Shown here piece after piece: positions 49,810 through 61,106 of a stretch of DNA of 64,000 nt (its first letter is position 1; every line of letters starts with the position of its first letter). Under the pieces are notes generated by a model. The model was not told the DNA's origin. It saw only the letters and a list, made by a program, of their open reading frames with translations, and made no database searches. The position numbers and the translations under genes are program-made. The stretch is from Candidatus Cloacimonadota bacterium (GTDB lineage Bacteria > Cloacimonadota > Cloacimonadia > G963667145): NCBI GenBank assembly GCA_963667255.1, contig OY762940.1, positions 224,001-288,000 of the forward strand, read 5' to 3'.

Positions 49810-51006
49810 ATGATTTTCCGTTTGAGAAAAGTTTTAACAATCGTTTTTGTTTTGGGATTTTCACTCCTTTCCGCAGGAGCTCTGAAAAAAATTGATTACT
49901 CTCAATCTCCCGTTTTCAAAGACGATATGAACTATAAAAATTTGCGGACATCTATCTGCCAAAGCTTGAACTATTTGGACAGAATTCCCGAGAATGTGAG
50001 ATTCCGTTTTGGTAGCGATGTTTACACCTCTGCTCAAATGAAATCTTCTCTCAGATTTTTCTTGGAATACTTGGAAGGCAGCCCGTTGCCCGAGCAGATG
50101 AGCGACTTCATCAACGCCTTTTACAATATTTATGTGTCAACCGGTCAAAACGGCAACGAAGATATGCTCTTCACCGCCTATTGTCAACCAGTCATCAAAG
50201 GCAGCTTGACCAAAACCGAAAAATACTCCGTGCCAATTTGTTCCAAGCCTGCCGACCTTGTGCAAAAAAGAGTCGATGGCAAATGGAGAGTGGGTCGCTA
50301 TTCCCAAAACGGCGAATTTGTGCCTTACTACACCAGAGCACAAATCAACGAACTGAACATCTTGGAAGAAAAAGCCACTCCAATCGCATGGGTCGAGACA
50401 AAATTGGACAGACTGTATTTGGAAATCGAAGGCTCAGGAGATATCCTTTTGCAAAGCGGAAATACGCTCCATGTGCAATATCAAATCAAAAACGGACACC
50501 CATACAGCAGTGTCGGTAGATATATGATGAAATACAAAAATTTGCCTGCTAACCAAGTCGGCATCTTGCACTTGAAAAAATACTTTACCCAACATCCCGA
50601 TGAACTTCAACAAATTTTGAACATAAACAAAAGTTTCGTATTCTTCACAAGAGGCAACGGGACATCCATCGGATGCCTTAATGTCCCTATCACTCCCGGC
50701 AGGACTATCGCCACAGACCGCTCTATATTTCCGGCTGCAGCACTGGGATTTATCCAAAGCAAAAAGCCGATAGTCGATAACCAAAACAATGTAAAAGGTT
50801 GGGAAAGTTTCGGCAGATTTGTGCTAAATCAAGACACAGGCGGAGCGATAAAAGGTGCAGGTCGCGGAGATATTTATTTCGGTGGCGGTCAATATGCCGA
50901 AATCGCAGCAAGCACTCTGAAACATTCTGGCAAAATGTATTTTATGGTTCTGAAGCCTCACATCGATTTGGCAAAATATTCAAGCGAGTTGTTGGTGCAA
51001 AAATAG
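49810..51006 (+). CDS. mltA: Membrane-bound lytic murein transglycosylase A
   Basis: FTAY.QP, LEIEGSG, NGHPY, IATD, QDTGGAIKG..R.DIY.G. Confidence 0.92.
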   Translation: MIFRLRKVLTIVFVLGFSLLSAGALKKIDYSQSPVFKDDMNYKNLRTSICQSLNYLDRIPENVRFRFGSDVYTSAQMKSSLRFFLEYLEGSPLPEQMSDFINAFYNIYVSTGQNGNEDMLFTAYCQPVIKGSLTKTEKYSVPICSKPADLVQKRVDGKWRVGRYSQNGEFVPYYTRAQINELNILEEKATPIAWVETKLDRLYLEIEGSGDILLQSGNTLHVQYQIKNGHPYSSVGRYMMKYKNLPANQVGILHLKKYFTQHPDELQQILNINKSFVFFTRGNGTSIGCLNVPITPGRTIATDRSIFPAAALGFIQSKKPIVDNQNNVKGWESFGRFVLNQDTGGAIKGAGRGDIYFGGGQYAEIAASTLKHSGKMYFMVLKPHIDLAKYSSELLVQK

Positions 51007-51014
51007 TTCCCCAA

Positions 51015-51854
51015 TCAAAAGTGTAGTCGCTCTCCCATATGGAATTTCTTTTGCATCGTCTGAAAAAATGTAACCTTTCCCAACTTCACAAGTTTAACTT
51101 TTTTTGGCGACTTCGTAAAAACAATCCTGTCTCCATCTTGCAAATACAAAAAGTTCTCCCCATCTAACTGCAAAGTCGATTCTTTGCCCACATCTTTCAC
51201 TCTGAACTCAAAAACATCTCCCGCATCAAAAACCATCGGTCGGACAGTCAACAGATGCGGATTTATAGCGTTGACAACCACAGAATCCATCGTCGGATTC
51301 AAAATCGGACCACCAGTAGAAAGATTGTAGCCCGTTGAGCCAGTAGGCGTGGAAATCAAAATCCCGTCAGCACGAGCCTTATAAACGAAATCCTCGTTAT
51401 CAAAAACTTCTACTTCAATCAATTTAGCGTTATGAGCCCTATGAATCACCGCATCGTTCAGCACATGTTTAGTGCCAATGCACTCGGAATCTCTCATCAC
51501 TTTCACTTCCAAAAGCATCCGCTGTTGCAAAGTGAACTCTCCGCTCATCAAAGACAAAATAGCCGATTTCAAATCGTCCAAAACTATCTCCGATAAAAAC
51601 CCCAAGCTGCCAACATTAATCCCCAGCACAGGCAAATCGAATTTCAGAGCTAATTGGCTGGAATATAACATAGTGCCATCTCCTCCGAAAACCAAGAGAA
51701 AATCGACTGGTTCGGAAGATAACTTGATAAATTCGGGATAAATTTCAGATTCGTCGAAACGCACAAATTCAAACTCGTCTTTCAATTCTGACAAAGCCTG
51801 TAACGCCATTTTGATAAACCTGCTATCCTTATTCAACACAACCGCAAATTTCAT
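51015..51854 (-). CDS. nadK: NAD(+) kinase
   Basis: GGDGT, LGFL, LND, DG..ISTPTGSTGY.LS.GG. Confidence 0.95.
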   Translation of the reverse strand: MKFAVVLNKDSRFIKMALQALSELKDEFEFVRFDESEIYPEFIKLSSEPVDFLLVFGGDGTMLYSSQLALKFDLPVLGINVGSLGFLSEIVLDDLKSAILSLMSGEFTLQQRMLLEVKVMRDSECIGTKHVLNDAVIHRAHNAKLIEVEVFDNEDFVYKARADGILISTPTGSTGYNLSTGGPILNPTMDSVVVNAINPHLLTVRPMVFDAGDVFEFRVKDVGKESTLQLDGENFLYLQDGDRIVFTKSPKKVKLVKLGKVTFFQTMQKKFHMGERLHF

Positions 51855-52105
51855 TTATCTTAACTCCAAAATAAAATAACACCACTTCAAGCTACTATTC
51901 CACTACAACTCCTTACAAAAAACAATCATTCCCAATAGTCAATAAAAACATAGCAAAAAAAATCACATTTCAAAATTGGCTAAACAACAATTCCAACACA
52001 AAATAAACATTTTTTATTTACTCAAACTTCTTGACTAAAAAGATGGTTACCGAGTTTTAAAATTGTATTTTGAAAATTAAAAAAATTTATTTTTAGGAGA
52101 AAAAA

Positions 52106-53290
52106 ATGTCTGTTTTAACTGAAAAAATCGCCGCTTTAGATAAACTAAATATCGATATGTTCGGCAAAGATTTCCTACTTACTTGGGAAAAATCCTTGGA
52201 TGATATTAAGGCTACTATGATTACCGCTGAAATCATCAAAGAGATGCACAAACAAGGCATCTCAACCAGAATTTTTGATAGCGGATTGGGAGTGTCCATC
52301 TTTAGAGACAACTCCACCCGAACTCGCTTTAGCTTCGCTTCCGCTTGCAACGCTCTCGGACTCACAGTGCAAGACCTTGACGAAAACAAATCGCAAATAG
52401 CACATGGAGAGACAGTAAGAGAAACCGCCAACATGGTTAGCTTTATGGCTGATGTTATCGGTATCCGTGATGACATGTATATCCACGAAGGCGACAGATA
52501 CCAAAGAGAAGTTTCCGAGGCTGTAAAATTCGGCAACAACGAAGGGATTTTGCACCAAAGACCAAATGTTATCTCTCTGCAATCTGACATCGACCACCCA
52601 ACACAATCTATGAGTGACTTGTGCAAAATCAAAGATTATTTCGGTTCATTGGAAAATCTGAAAGGCAAAAAACTTGTTATGTCTTGGGCTTACTCTCCGA
52701 GCTACGGCAAACCTCTGTCAGTTGCTCAAGGAATGATTGGACTTATGTCCAGATTTGGAATGAACATCACACTTGCTCATCCAGAGGGCTACGACCTTCT
52801 CCCCAATGTTTTGGATATTTGCAAGAAACAATCTGCCGAAACCGGCGGCTCATTTGAGGTTGTTCACAATATGGCTGACGCAATGAAAGGTGCTGATGTG
52901 GTTTGTCCTAAATCTTGGGCTTCTTTTAGCGTTATGGAACGCCGTCGCGACCTCCTTCACGCTGGAGATCAAGCAGGCTTGAAATCTCTTGAACAAGAGT
53001 GTTTGGCTGAAAACAAGAAGTTTGTTGATTGGGAATACGATGCAAAAATGGAAGCTCTTACCAATGATGCTCTCTATATGCACCCACTTCCTGCCGACAT
53101 CACTGGTCTTTCTTGCAAACAAGGCGAAGTTACCAAGGACATTTTCGACAAAAACCTTAAAGACACATATCATCAAGCCAGCTTCAAACCTGTTGTGATT
53201 GCTGCAATGATTTTGCTGTCCAAGAGCAAAAACCCTGTTGCCACTTTGAAAAAACTTGTGAACGCCAACAAAAACAGAATCGAATTGTAA
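52106..53290 (+). CDS. ygeW: Knotted carbamoyltransferase YgeW
   Basis: FRDNSTRTRFSF, HGETVRETANM, DHPTQ, WAYSPSYGKPLS, HPLPAD. Confidence 0.93.
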   Translation: MSVLTEKIAALDKLNIDMFGKDFLLTWEKSLDDIKATMITAEIIKEMHKQGISTRIFDSGLGVSIFRDNSTRTRFSFASACNALGLTVQDLDENKSQIAHGETVRETANMVSFMADVIGIRDDMYIHEGDRYQREVSEAVKFGNNEGILHQRPNVISLQSDIDHPTQSMSDLCKIKDYFGSLENLKGKKLVMSWAYSPSYGKPLSVAQGMIGLMSRFGMNITLAHPEGYDLLPNVLDICKKQSAETGGSFEVVHNMADAMKGADVVCPKSWASFSVMERRRDLLHAGDQAGLKSLEQECLAENKKFVDWEYDAKMEALTNDALYMHPLPADITGLSCKQGEVTKDIFDKNLKDTYHQASFKPVVIAAMILLSKSKNPVATLKKLVNANKNRIEL

Positions 53291-53328
53291 TCTATTTTCC
53301 ATATTGGAATAAATATTAAGGAGGAACA

Positions 53329-53880
53329 ATGAAGAAATTGATGTCAATGATTTTGGCTGTGGTTTGCTTGTTCATTTTCGCCTGTTCATCTGCTCCCAAA
53401 GAAGCGGAAAAACCTGAAGGATTTGAAAAGGTTTACCGCCCTGACTGGTTCGATGAGCAAAACAGTGACAAATTTTTATACTTTTTCGGCAATGCGGAAA
53501 AGCATAACGAGAATTTAGCTTATGACGCTGCTGTTGCCAATGCCCGATTGGAGTCTGCTAATTATGTAGAAGTCTATGTTAAAGGCATGGTGAAAAACTA
53601 TTTGGAAGAGGTCGGAACTGACGACCCAACCATCACTGCTCTCACCAGCAAAACAGTGAGAACCGTAGCCAATACAAAATTCAGCGGAACTTTTGTCAGC
53701 AAGAGAGAAATCATCGTCAATGAAGGAGTTTACAAAGCGTTTATCCGCTTGTCAGTTCCCAAAGATGTCATAGAAAAAACTCTTGCCGGAGAAATCAAAA
53801 AAGAAGAGGCTCTTTACAACGCATTTAAAGCATCACAGAGTTTCCAAGAGCTCGACAAACAAACAGAAAAAAGTGAATAA
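53329..53880 (+). CDS. LPP20-like lipoprotein
   Basis: Lipobox IFAC, PDW, A..NAR, FQELD tail. Confidence 0.65.
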   Translation: MKKLMSMILAVVCLFIFACSSAPKEAEKPEGFEKVYRPDWFDEQNSDKFLYFFGNAEKHNENLAYDAAVANARLESANYVEVYVKGMVKNYLEEVGTDDPTITALTSKTVRTVANTKFSGTFVSKREIIVNEGVYKAFIRLSVPKDVIEKTLAGEIKKEEALYNAFKASQSFQELDKQTEKSE

Positions 53881-53897
53881 CTTTTAATTTACTAATT

Positions 53898-53934
53898 ACT
53901 TCCTTCACCTTGTATAAAGATGGAGGAAGTTTTT
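53898..53934 (+). terminator. Terminator-like hairpin
   Basis: ACTTCCTTCA...TGGAGGAAGT followed by TTTT. Confidence 0.6.
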
Positions 53935-53953
53935 GTTATTAATCCAAAAAATC

Positions 53954-55648
53954 ATGAATAAAACCAAAATATTTTTCGACAAACACAAAGTCACTCTGTT
54001 CTTCAGTTTAGTCTTATTTCTCGCAGGATTAAAATATTCTTATGGGCTCTCATCCTTGATAGACATAGGTTTATACGACGAAAGTGGATATCTCGGCTCG
54101 GGAGTGAATCTTTTGAAAAACGGCTTTCCCTCAGCAGATTGGGCACCACTATACTCATTATGGTATTTCTTCCTATCTTTCCTCACCTCGGACAATATAA
54201 ATTTATACTACTTCAACTACAATTTCCAAGTCATCTTCCTTCCACTTCTAACTTTTATCTTCCTGAGAACAAAAAAAGTTAATATTTATTTGAGTTTATT
54301 TTTCTCTTTCTTCCTCTTGATTTCCTATGCAAACTTAGTAATTTGGCCGAGAGTTTCAAATTTTGCTTTGCTTGTTCTTCTCTTTTTTTTCATTATAGCT
54401 TCCCTTGTTAAAAAAACAGAGAATAAACTTATAATATACACGCTGGGACTATTTCTAACAAGTTATGCAAGACCTGAATTTTTTCTCGCCTTTATCCTTT
54501 TGTTCGTGTATTCAGTATTTTTCATGGTAAAAAATAAGAAATTCAAACCTTTTATTTTTCTGACTGTTTTGACTTTCATAATTGGCATTTTCATTTACTG
54601 GGGAAATCCTTTCGGAGGAGGACGCAATTCTTTAGCTTTCAGATTGTCTTTTTCTATTAATTGGGTAGCTTGGACCAACAGCAATTATAGTTCATGGAAA
54701 GATTCCGAAATAATCATAAATCATGTTTTTGGTAATGCTAACAGCTTTCTTGAATGTTTTATTGCCAATCCCACAGCGGTTTTCAAACATATATCATACA
54801 ACTTTTGGAATTTATCAAAAATAGGTTTCGGGGAATTTTTTATCCACTCAAGTATTCTTCTGCCCGTAAAATCTTATCAAAACGAATCTATTTTTGCTCT
54901 TTCCAATTTCCAAAAACTATCAGTTGACCCCATGTTTATGATAGAAGGAATTATTTTCTTTTTAAGTATAATAGTTACTCTTTTTTTCTACTTTCGAGGT
55001 AAAAGCATAAGCCTATTTTGGGAAAATTTTAAACAAGAAAAACAAACTATTTTTGTTCTTGCACTTTCAATTATCCCTTCTCTAATCTCTTCAATATTAA
55101 TATTCCCTAGACCTCACTATCTGATTGTCACTTTCTTTTTTTTATTCATAATACTAACTCTAATTTTCGGGAAGAAAGATAAAAGTTTTACATTCAAAAC
55201 ATCCTACTATCTCATAGGATTTTTCATTGTTCTCTTGGTTCCAAACAAAACTGTTTTGCATGCTATCCCTACCAAATATAACGGCAACAATGTTACCACC
55301 ACAATCCGTGTAATGAGGAGGCTAAATTTAACTAACAAAATCAAAATTACGGCAGCGGAAGGAAGCTATTCAACATATTTGGGAGAAAATTTCATTGATG
55401 TTTGTCCATATAGCAAAAAAGAATACAATTTTAGTGATTTCTTAGAAAAAGAAAATCTTGATATTATAGTAGTTACCCCTCGACTAATCAATAGCAGAGT
55501 ATATTGTGATGACAAATCTTGGAAATCATTTATGAAGAATTATAAAAATTACGGATACACCAAAATCCCCATCTCAAATTTACAAAGATATTTGTTGGTT
55601 AAAACTGATTATTTGAAAAAAGGTGCCTTCAATAACGATTTAAAATAA
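53954..55648 (+). CDS. Polytopic membrane protein, candidate GT-C glycosyltransferase
   Basis: More than 10 TM segments, an early loop DE motif (LYDESGY), RPE motif; AT-rich. Confidence 0.55.
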   Translation: MNKTKIFFDKHKVTLFFSLVLFLAGLKYSYGLSSLIDIGLYDESGYLGSGVNLLKNGFPSADWAPLYSLWYFFLSFLTSDNINLYYFNYNFQVIFLPLLTFIFLRTKKVNIYLSLFFSFFLLISYANLVIWPRVSNFALLVLLFFFIIASLVKKTENKLIIYTLGLFLTSYARPEFFLAFILLFVYSVFFMVKNKKFKPFIFLTVLTFIIGIFIYWGNPFGGGRNSLAFRLSFSINWVAWTNSNYSSWKDSEIIINHVFGNANSFLECFIANPTAVFKHISYNFWNLSKIGFGEFFIHSSILLPVKSYQNESIFALSNFQKLSVDPMFMIEGIIFFLSIIVTLFFYFRGKSISLFWENFKQEKQTIFVLALSIIPSLISSILIFPRPHYLIVTFFFLFIILTLIFGKKDKSFTFKTSYYLIGFFIVLLVPNKTVLHAIPTKYNGNNVTTTIRVMRRLNLTNKIKITAAEGSYSTYLGENFIDVCPYSKKEYNFSDFLEKENLDIIVVTPRLINSRVYCDDKSWKSFMKNYKNYGYTKIPISNLQRYLLVKTDYLKKGAFNNDLK

Positions 55649-55695
55649 CTTAAACGAACTATTTCAAAACATTTTTAGCAGAGTTTTATAAACTT

Positions 55696-56433
55696 TTACC
55701 AATTTTTCTTAAAATCACCTCTTGAAAAATATTTTTCTATAAAACAATAGCATAGTATAAAAAAATATCTGCTTCCCATTTCCCTGATTTTAAGTTTTGA
55801 CTCTCCGTATTTCCTGTTTGTCCACGAATTTGGTAAAACAGTGTAAGAATATCCCCTGATAATAGCTTTAAGAGGTAATTCTATCGTAAGGTTAAAATGT
55901 GGTGCTATGAAAGGTTTGACACCTTCAATTGTTTGGCGATTATATAATTTAAAAGCATTTGTTGCGTCATTATATTTAATGTGCATGACCAGTTTAATAA
56001 TGAAATTTGCGATTCTATTAACTATTTTTTTTACAGGCGGGTAATCTATTGTTTTTCCACCTTTCATAAAACGGCTACCGAACACACAATCATAATCTCC
56101 TTCCACCATTTTTTTGTAAAACTTAACAAGATCGTCAGGGCCATCGGATAAATCTGCCATCATAACAGCCACACAATCTCCCGTAAAGCGTTCCAATCCG
56201 TAACGCACGGCATAGCCGAATCCGTTTGGACCTGCATTGGTTTCGTATCTAATTGAAGGATTCTTCTTGCTTAATTTTTCTAAAACAGCTACTGTATTAT
56301 CTTTAGAATTGTCATTAACAATAAATATCTCGTATTCGATATTGTTTTTCTCTAATGTGAATTCTATGACAGTAACGGTTTCTTCAATAGATTCTTCTTC
56401 GTTATATGCGGGAATTACTACGCTTAATTTCAT
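55696..56433 (-). CDS. GT2 glycosyltransferase, DPM1/GtrB-like
   Basis: VVIPAYNEE, VNDNSKD, MMADLSD, GSRF, GESK. Confidence 0.88.
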   Translation of the reverse strand: MKLSVVIPAYNEEESIEETVTVIEFTLEKNNIEYEIFIVNDNSKDNTVAVLEKLSKKNPSIRYETNAGPNGFGYAVRYGLERFTGDCVAVMMADLSDGPDDLVKFYKKMVEGDYDCVFGSRFMKGGKTIDYPPVKKIVNRIANFIIKLVMHIKYNDATNAFKLYNRQTIEGVKPFIAPHFNLTIELPLKAIIRGYSYTVLPNSWTNRKYGESKLKIREMGSRYFFILCYCFIEKYFSRGDFKKNW

Positions 56434-57083
56434 TTTTCTGCTATTAATAAAAACTGTTTCCCCATGATTCTCCATGTGAAAGGTAACTTTAAATAGAGCT
56501 CTATCATAAAACTTTTAATTGGTAATGAACCATGACTCCTAAAAGAAAGAGGTAAAAATTTAGAATGGACTTCTTTAATTTCAAAACCTGCTCCATATAA
56601 ATGTTCTGCTAAACTTAATTCTGTTAAGATAACATTATGGTCGGCAAAGTCAAAATATTGTTTTGAAGCATATTTAAAATTTGGACCCATAATGGCAATT
56701 CTTCCTCCTTTTTTTAATTTATCATACAATTTTGTTAATAAAACAGATACAGCCTCTTGAGAATCTAAATGTTCCAAAAAATTTGAGATAAAAACACCAT
56801 CAAAATAGTTGTCTTGTAATTCAACTTCAACATTGCTTCCGATTATTTTTTTTACATTTTTATCAGCATGTTTAGAAAGAAAATCTTCATTTAAATCTAT
56901 TGCCCAGCGTTCATCCGACTCAATGTTATTAATGAATTCACAAAACCCGGCAGCTGGATCTAACATAACTTTAGGGCAACCAAGTTTTTTATATATGAAT
57001 TTAGAAACATGTTTCCATACAATTTCTTTCTTATTCACATTAACATTTTGGAAACGATAGTTATATATTTTTTGATAATTCAT
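56430..57083 (-). CDS. Class I SAM-dependent methyltransferase
   Basis: LDPAAG.CEF, SNFLEHL, LKKGG, YFDFADH. Confidence 0.85.
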   Translation of the reverse strand: MNYQKIYNYRFQNVNVNKKEIVWKHVSKFIYKKLGCPKVMLDPAAGFCEFINNIESDERWAIDLNEDFLSKHADKNVKKIIGSNVEVELQDNYFDGVFISNFLEHLDSQEAVSVLLTKLYDKLKKGGRIAIMGPNFKYASKQYFDFADHNVILTELSLAEHLYGAGFEIKEVHSKFLPLSFRSHGSLPIKSFMIELYLKLPFTWRIMGKQFLLIAEK

Positions 57084-57084
57084 T

Positions 57085-58149
57085 TCACAGTGTTATTTTG
57101 AATTTATAATAGATTTGGGTTAAAATATCCATAATCCCATATTCATAATCCCATTCAGGATAATGTTTTTTAAATTTACTGACATCACTAATCCACCAAA
57201 TGTGATCCCCTATTCTATTATCTTCGGCATAAGTATAGTTCATTTTTTTGGAAGTAATTTCTTCACACAAAGCGATTGCTTCTTTCATGGAACAATTTGA
57301 AAAACGGCTACCTCCGGCATTATAGACTTCTCCTTGTCGCGGATTTTGGTGATAATTCCAAAACATATTTACCAAATCGTGGCTGTGAATATTGTCTCTG
57401 ACCTGTTTGCCTTTATACCCGAAAATTGTATATTCTGTTCCTGTTACGGCACACTTCATAAGATATGACAAGAAGCCGTGTAATTGTGTTCCTGAATGAC
57501 TCGGACCTGTTAAGCAACCTCCTCTAAACACACCGGTATTCATTTTAAAATATTTCCCGTATTCTTGCACCATAACATCGGCAGCCACTTTTGAAGCACC
57601 GAATACTGAATGTTTCGTGTGGTCAATGCTCATTTTTTCATCAATACCGTTTTTAAAATACGGATGCGATTCGTCTATTTCCCATCTGCTTTCCAATTCC
57701 ACCAACGGTAAATAATTCGGAGTATCTCCGTAAACTTTATTTGTTGAAGTAAAAATAAATGTTGCTTTAGAACAATATTTTCTTGTCATCTCCAGCATAT
57801 TTAAAGTGCCGTTAGCATTTACCGTAAAATCAGTTATAGGCTCTTTTGCAGCCCAATCGTGGCTGGGTTGTGCCGCAGTGTGGACAACCAATTGGATATC
57901 GGAACCGTAAAGATTAAATATTTTTTCAAGTTCATCAATATTTCTGATATCGGCAGTATGATATTCAAAATTTGTGATTTCTTTCGTCAACACCTTAGTA
58001 TTCCACTCTGTTGATGCGTTTTCACCGAAAAAATAAGCTCGCATATTATTATCTATACCTATTACTTTATCAAATTTTTCGGAAAAAAATCTAACTGACT
58101 CGCTACCAATAAGTCCTGCAGAGCCAGTAATCAAACATATTTTATTCAT
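57085..58149 (-). CDS. NAD-dependent epimerase/dehydratase (CDP-paratose 2-epimerase-like)
   Basis: [30 protein letters not shown]. Confidence 0.9.
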   Translation of the reverse strand: MNKICLITGSAGLIGSESVRFFSEKFDKVIGIDNNMRAYFFGENASTEWNTKVLTKEITNFEYHTADIRNIDELEKIFNLYGSDIQLVVHTAAQPSHDWAAKEPITDFTVNANGTLNMLEMTRKYCSKATFIFTSTNKVYGDTPNYLPLVELESRWEIDESHPYFKNGIDEKMSIDHTKHSVFGASKVAADVMVQEYGKYFKMNTGVFRGGCLTGPSHSGTQLHGFLSYLMKCAVTGTEYTIFGYKGKQVRDNIHSHDLVNMFWNYHQNPRQGEVYNAGGSRFSNCSMKEAIALCEEITSKKMNYTYAEDNRIGDHIWWISDVSKFKKHYPEWDYEYGIMDILTQIYYKFKITL

Positions 58150-58175
58150 GATTCCCCTTTTTATAATTGAAATAA

Positions 58176-59237
58176 TTAATTTAACACTTTTTTAAGTTTT
58201 GCTTCATTTTTATTTATCCATTTGAAAATATCTTCAAATGTGTTTTTAACATCTTTTTTGGGGCTCCAGCCAATTTCATTTTCAATTTTTGAATTGTCTG
58301 TTATATAAATTCGCAAATCTGCTTTTCTGGTTTCCGCATCAGAATCTATTCTAATTCTATTTCCAGTTACTTCTTCACATATTTTTGTCATCTCCTGAAG
58401 TGAAGCACTGTTTTTGATTCCACCTCCAGCATTAAATATTTTCCCGTGAAATTTCTCGGTTTCATGAATTTGCAAATCTATTAATCTAACCAAGTCACCT
58501 ATATGTAAAATATCTCTTACTTGTTTCCCTTGTCCGCCGTAACCGATATATTTTTGCGATTGTTTCCAATAATGCTTTGCCATCCACAATGTAACAACAC
58601 CTTGGTCTGTTTTACCCATTTGGCGAGGACCGGCAATTACTCCGAACCTAGTTATTGCGGAAGACAAATTGTAAAATTCGGCATATTCTTGAATAAAAAG
58701 TTCCGATGCAAGTTTAGTTGTCCCGTAAAAAGAACGAGCACCTGCAAGACTTAAATTTTCCGAAATTCCCAATTTAGATATGCCTGCATTCTTTTGTTTA
58801 TCACTGAAAGAAAAACGAGTAGGCTCTTCAATAAAATTAGCATTTTCTATGGGATTTATAGGATATACTCTGCTTGTGGAGAGAAAAATAAGTTTCGCTT
58901 TGTATTTTAAACAAGTATTGAAGCAATTGATAGAACCGTTTAAATTGTTGTTTATGACATAACTTGGATTAGAATCCAATCCTGCCATTACGGAAGGTTC
59001 TGCCGAAGCCTCAATTAACACATCAAATTCTTTCAAAGCATCCAAGTCTTCTACATTTCTTATGTCTCCGTGAACAAACTCAATGCCATTTTCTCTCAAA
59101 TCCGTAAGATTTAGTTCCGAACCTCTTCTCCTTAAATTATCAAAAGCGGTTATTGAATATACAGGATATTTTTCTTTAAGTTGAAGACATAGAGAAGAGC
59201 CAACAAAACCTGCTCCTCCTGTTATTACTATTTTCAT
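58176..59237 (-). CDS. NAD-dependent epimerase/dehydratase (second RfbE-like paralogue)
   Basis: [32 protein letters not shown]. Confidence 0.9.
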   Translation of the reverse strand: MKIVITGGAGFVGSSLCLQLKEKYPVYSITAFDNLRRRGSELNLTDLRENGIEFVHGDIRNVEDLDALKEFDVLIEASAEPSVMAGLDSNPSYVINNNLNGSINCFNTCLKYKAKLIFLSTSRVYPINPIENANFIEEPTRFSFSDKQKNAGISKLGISENLSLAGARSFYGTTKLASELFIQEYAEFYNLSSAITRFGVIAGPRQMGKTDQGVVTLWMAKHYWKQSQKYIGYGGQGKQVRDILHIGDLVRLIDLQIHETEKFHGKIFNAGGGIKNSASLQEMTKICEEVTGNRIRIDSDAETRKADLRIYITDNSKIENEIGWSPKKDVKNTFEDIFKWINKNEAKLKKVLN

Positions 59238-59309
59238 GCTCTCACATCCAAAGTTATTTCACAATTACTAATTATCTCAATTCTATTTAAAATCAGTTAC
59301 AATTGAACT

Positions 59310-61106
59310 CTACTTCTTGTAATGCCTTCGTCTTTCGTGTTCCGTTAGATATTTCTTTCTAAGACGAATATTTTTGGGAGTGATTTCCACATATTCATCT
59401 TCTTTGATGTATTCCAAAGCTTTTTCCAAAGTAATTTGAATTGGCGGAATTAACATAATCGCATCGTCAGCACTGGAAGATCGCACATTGGTCAGCTTTT
59501 TCTCCCTTGTGGCATTCACGGTAAGGTCTTGCCCTTTGGTCGATTCGCCCAAAATCATTCCCTCGTAAATTTGGATATTGGCTGAAATGAACAAAGGTCC
59601 TCTCTCCTGCAATTTCCAAAGTGAATAAGCGGTGGCTTTGCCTGTCTCACCGGCGATAAGAGAACCTGCTTGTCGCTTCTTGATTTCGCCATAATACGGA
59701 GCCATTTTGCTGAAACTGCTAAATAAAGTCCCTTCGCCTTTGGTAACAACAACAAAAGTGGAACGAAAGCCCAAAAGCCCTCTGGAAGGAATTTCAAACT
59801 CCAAAGTTGTATGCCCATTTTCGCTACTCATATTCAGCAATTCGCCCTTTCGTTGGGACAAGAGATTGATAATCGCACCCGAATAAGTTTCCGGAAGATT
59901 TATCACCACATTTTCCACCGGCTCCCAAATTTTCCCCTCTTTTTCCTGCATAATCACTTCCGCCTGAGAAACTTGCAACTCGTAGCCCTCTCTTCGCATA
60001 TTTTCGATTAAAACCGCCAAGTGCATCTCTCCTCTACCCAAAACTTTTATTCTGTCGGAATTTTCCGAGACTTCCAATTTCAAACCAACATTCGTTTGAA
60101 TTTCTCTAAAAAGTCTCTCTTTGATGAGGTTTCCCGTTACAAATTTCCCCTCTTTTCCGGCAAAAGGCGAGTTGTTTACCATAAAGTTCATCGCCAAAGT
60201 TGGAGGATCGATTTCAGTAGCCTTAATGGCTGGTGTATCTTCAAATTGAGCAATGGTTTGCCCAACATAAATGTCGCTAATTCCCGCAATCGCCACAATG
60301 TCTCCGGCACTCACCGACTTTACCTCAACTCTATCAAGCCCTTGATGAGTGAAAAGTCTTTCGATTTTCCCCTTTTTCTTACCATTTGGAGTGTTTACCC
60401 AAACCTCATCTTTGGTATTGATAGTTCCCTCAAACACTCTACCGACAGCTATTCTGCCCAAAAAATTGTCATAATCCAAAGTGGAAGGTTGCATCCTAAA
60501 AGGAGCTTTTGTATCACACGGAGCATCGGGAGCATATTCCAAAATAAAATCCATCAGCGGAAAAATGTTTTCCTTTTTGTCGTCCAAATTCTTGATGGCG
60601 ATAGACTCTCTGGCGATAGCATAAATATAAGGAAAATCAAGCTGTTCGTCGCTAGCACCCAAAGTTACAAAGAGGTCAAAAAGTTTATTGATAACCCAAT
60701 CAGGTCTGGAAGTCGGCTTGTCGATTTTGTTGATAACCACCAAAATTTTCTTGCCTTGCTCAATCGATTTTTGCAAAACAAATTTCGTTTGTGGCATCGG
60801 TCCTTCTTGAGCATCCACCACCAAAACGGTAGCATCAATACTTTTTAAAACCCGTTCAACCTCACTACCAAAGTCCGCATGTCCGGGAGTGTCGATAATA
60901 TTTATCTTGTAATCTTTGTAATTAACCGCCGCATTTTTGGCATAAATGGTGATGCCTCTTTCTTTCTCTTGAGAATCGGAATCCATAACTCTATCCACCA
61001 ACTCTTCTCTTTCATCAAAAGTTCCTGTGGCTCTCAAAATAGAGTCCATCAAAGTCGTTTTCCCATGGTCAACATGAGCAATAATCGCAATATTTTTAAT
61101 TTTCAT
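59310..61106 (-). CDS. typA: Translational GTPase TypA/BipA
   Basis: NIAIIAHVDHGKTT, ERGITI, DTPGHADF, GRGEMHL, EITPKNIRLRK. Confidence 0.97.
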   Translation of the reverse strand: MKIKNIAIIAHVDHGKTTLMDSILRATGTFDEREELVDRVMDSDSQEKERGITIYAKNAAVNYKDYKINIIDTPGHADFGSEVERVLKSIDATVLVVDAQEGPMPQTKFVLQKSIEQGKKILVVINKIDKPTSRPDWVINKLFDLFVTLGASDEQLDFPYIYAIARESIAIKNLDDKKENIFPLMDFILEYAPDAPCDTKAPFRMQPSTLDYDNFLGRIAVGRVFEGTINTKDEVWVNTPNGKKKGKIERLFTHQGLDRVEVKSVSAGDIVAIAGISDIYVGQTIAQFEDTPAIKATEIDPPTLAMNFMVNNSPFAGKEGKFVTGNLIKERLFREIQTNVGLKLEVSENSDRIKVLGRGEMHLAVLIENMRREGYELQVSQAEVIMQEKEGKIWEPVENVVINLPETYSGAIINLLSQRKGELLNMSSENGHTTLEFEIPSRGLLGFRSTFVVVTKGEGTLFSSFSKMAPYYGEIKKRQAGSLIAGETGKATAYSLWKLQERGPLFISANIQIYEGMILGESTKGQDLTVNATREKKLTNVRSSSADDAIMLIPPIQITLEKALEYIKEDEYVEITPKNIRLRKKYLTEHERRRHYKK

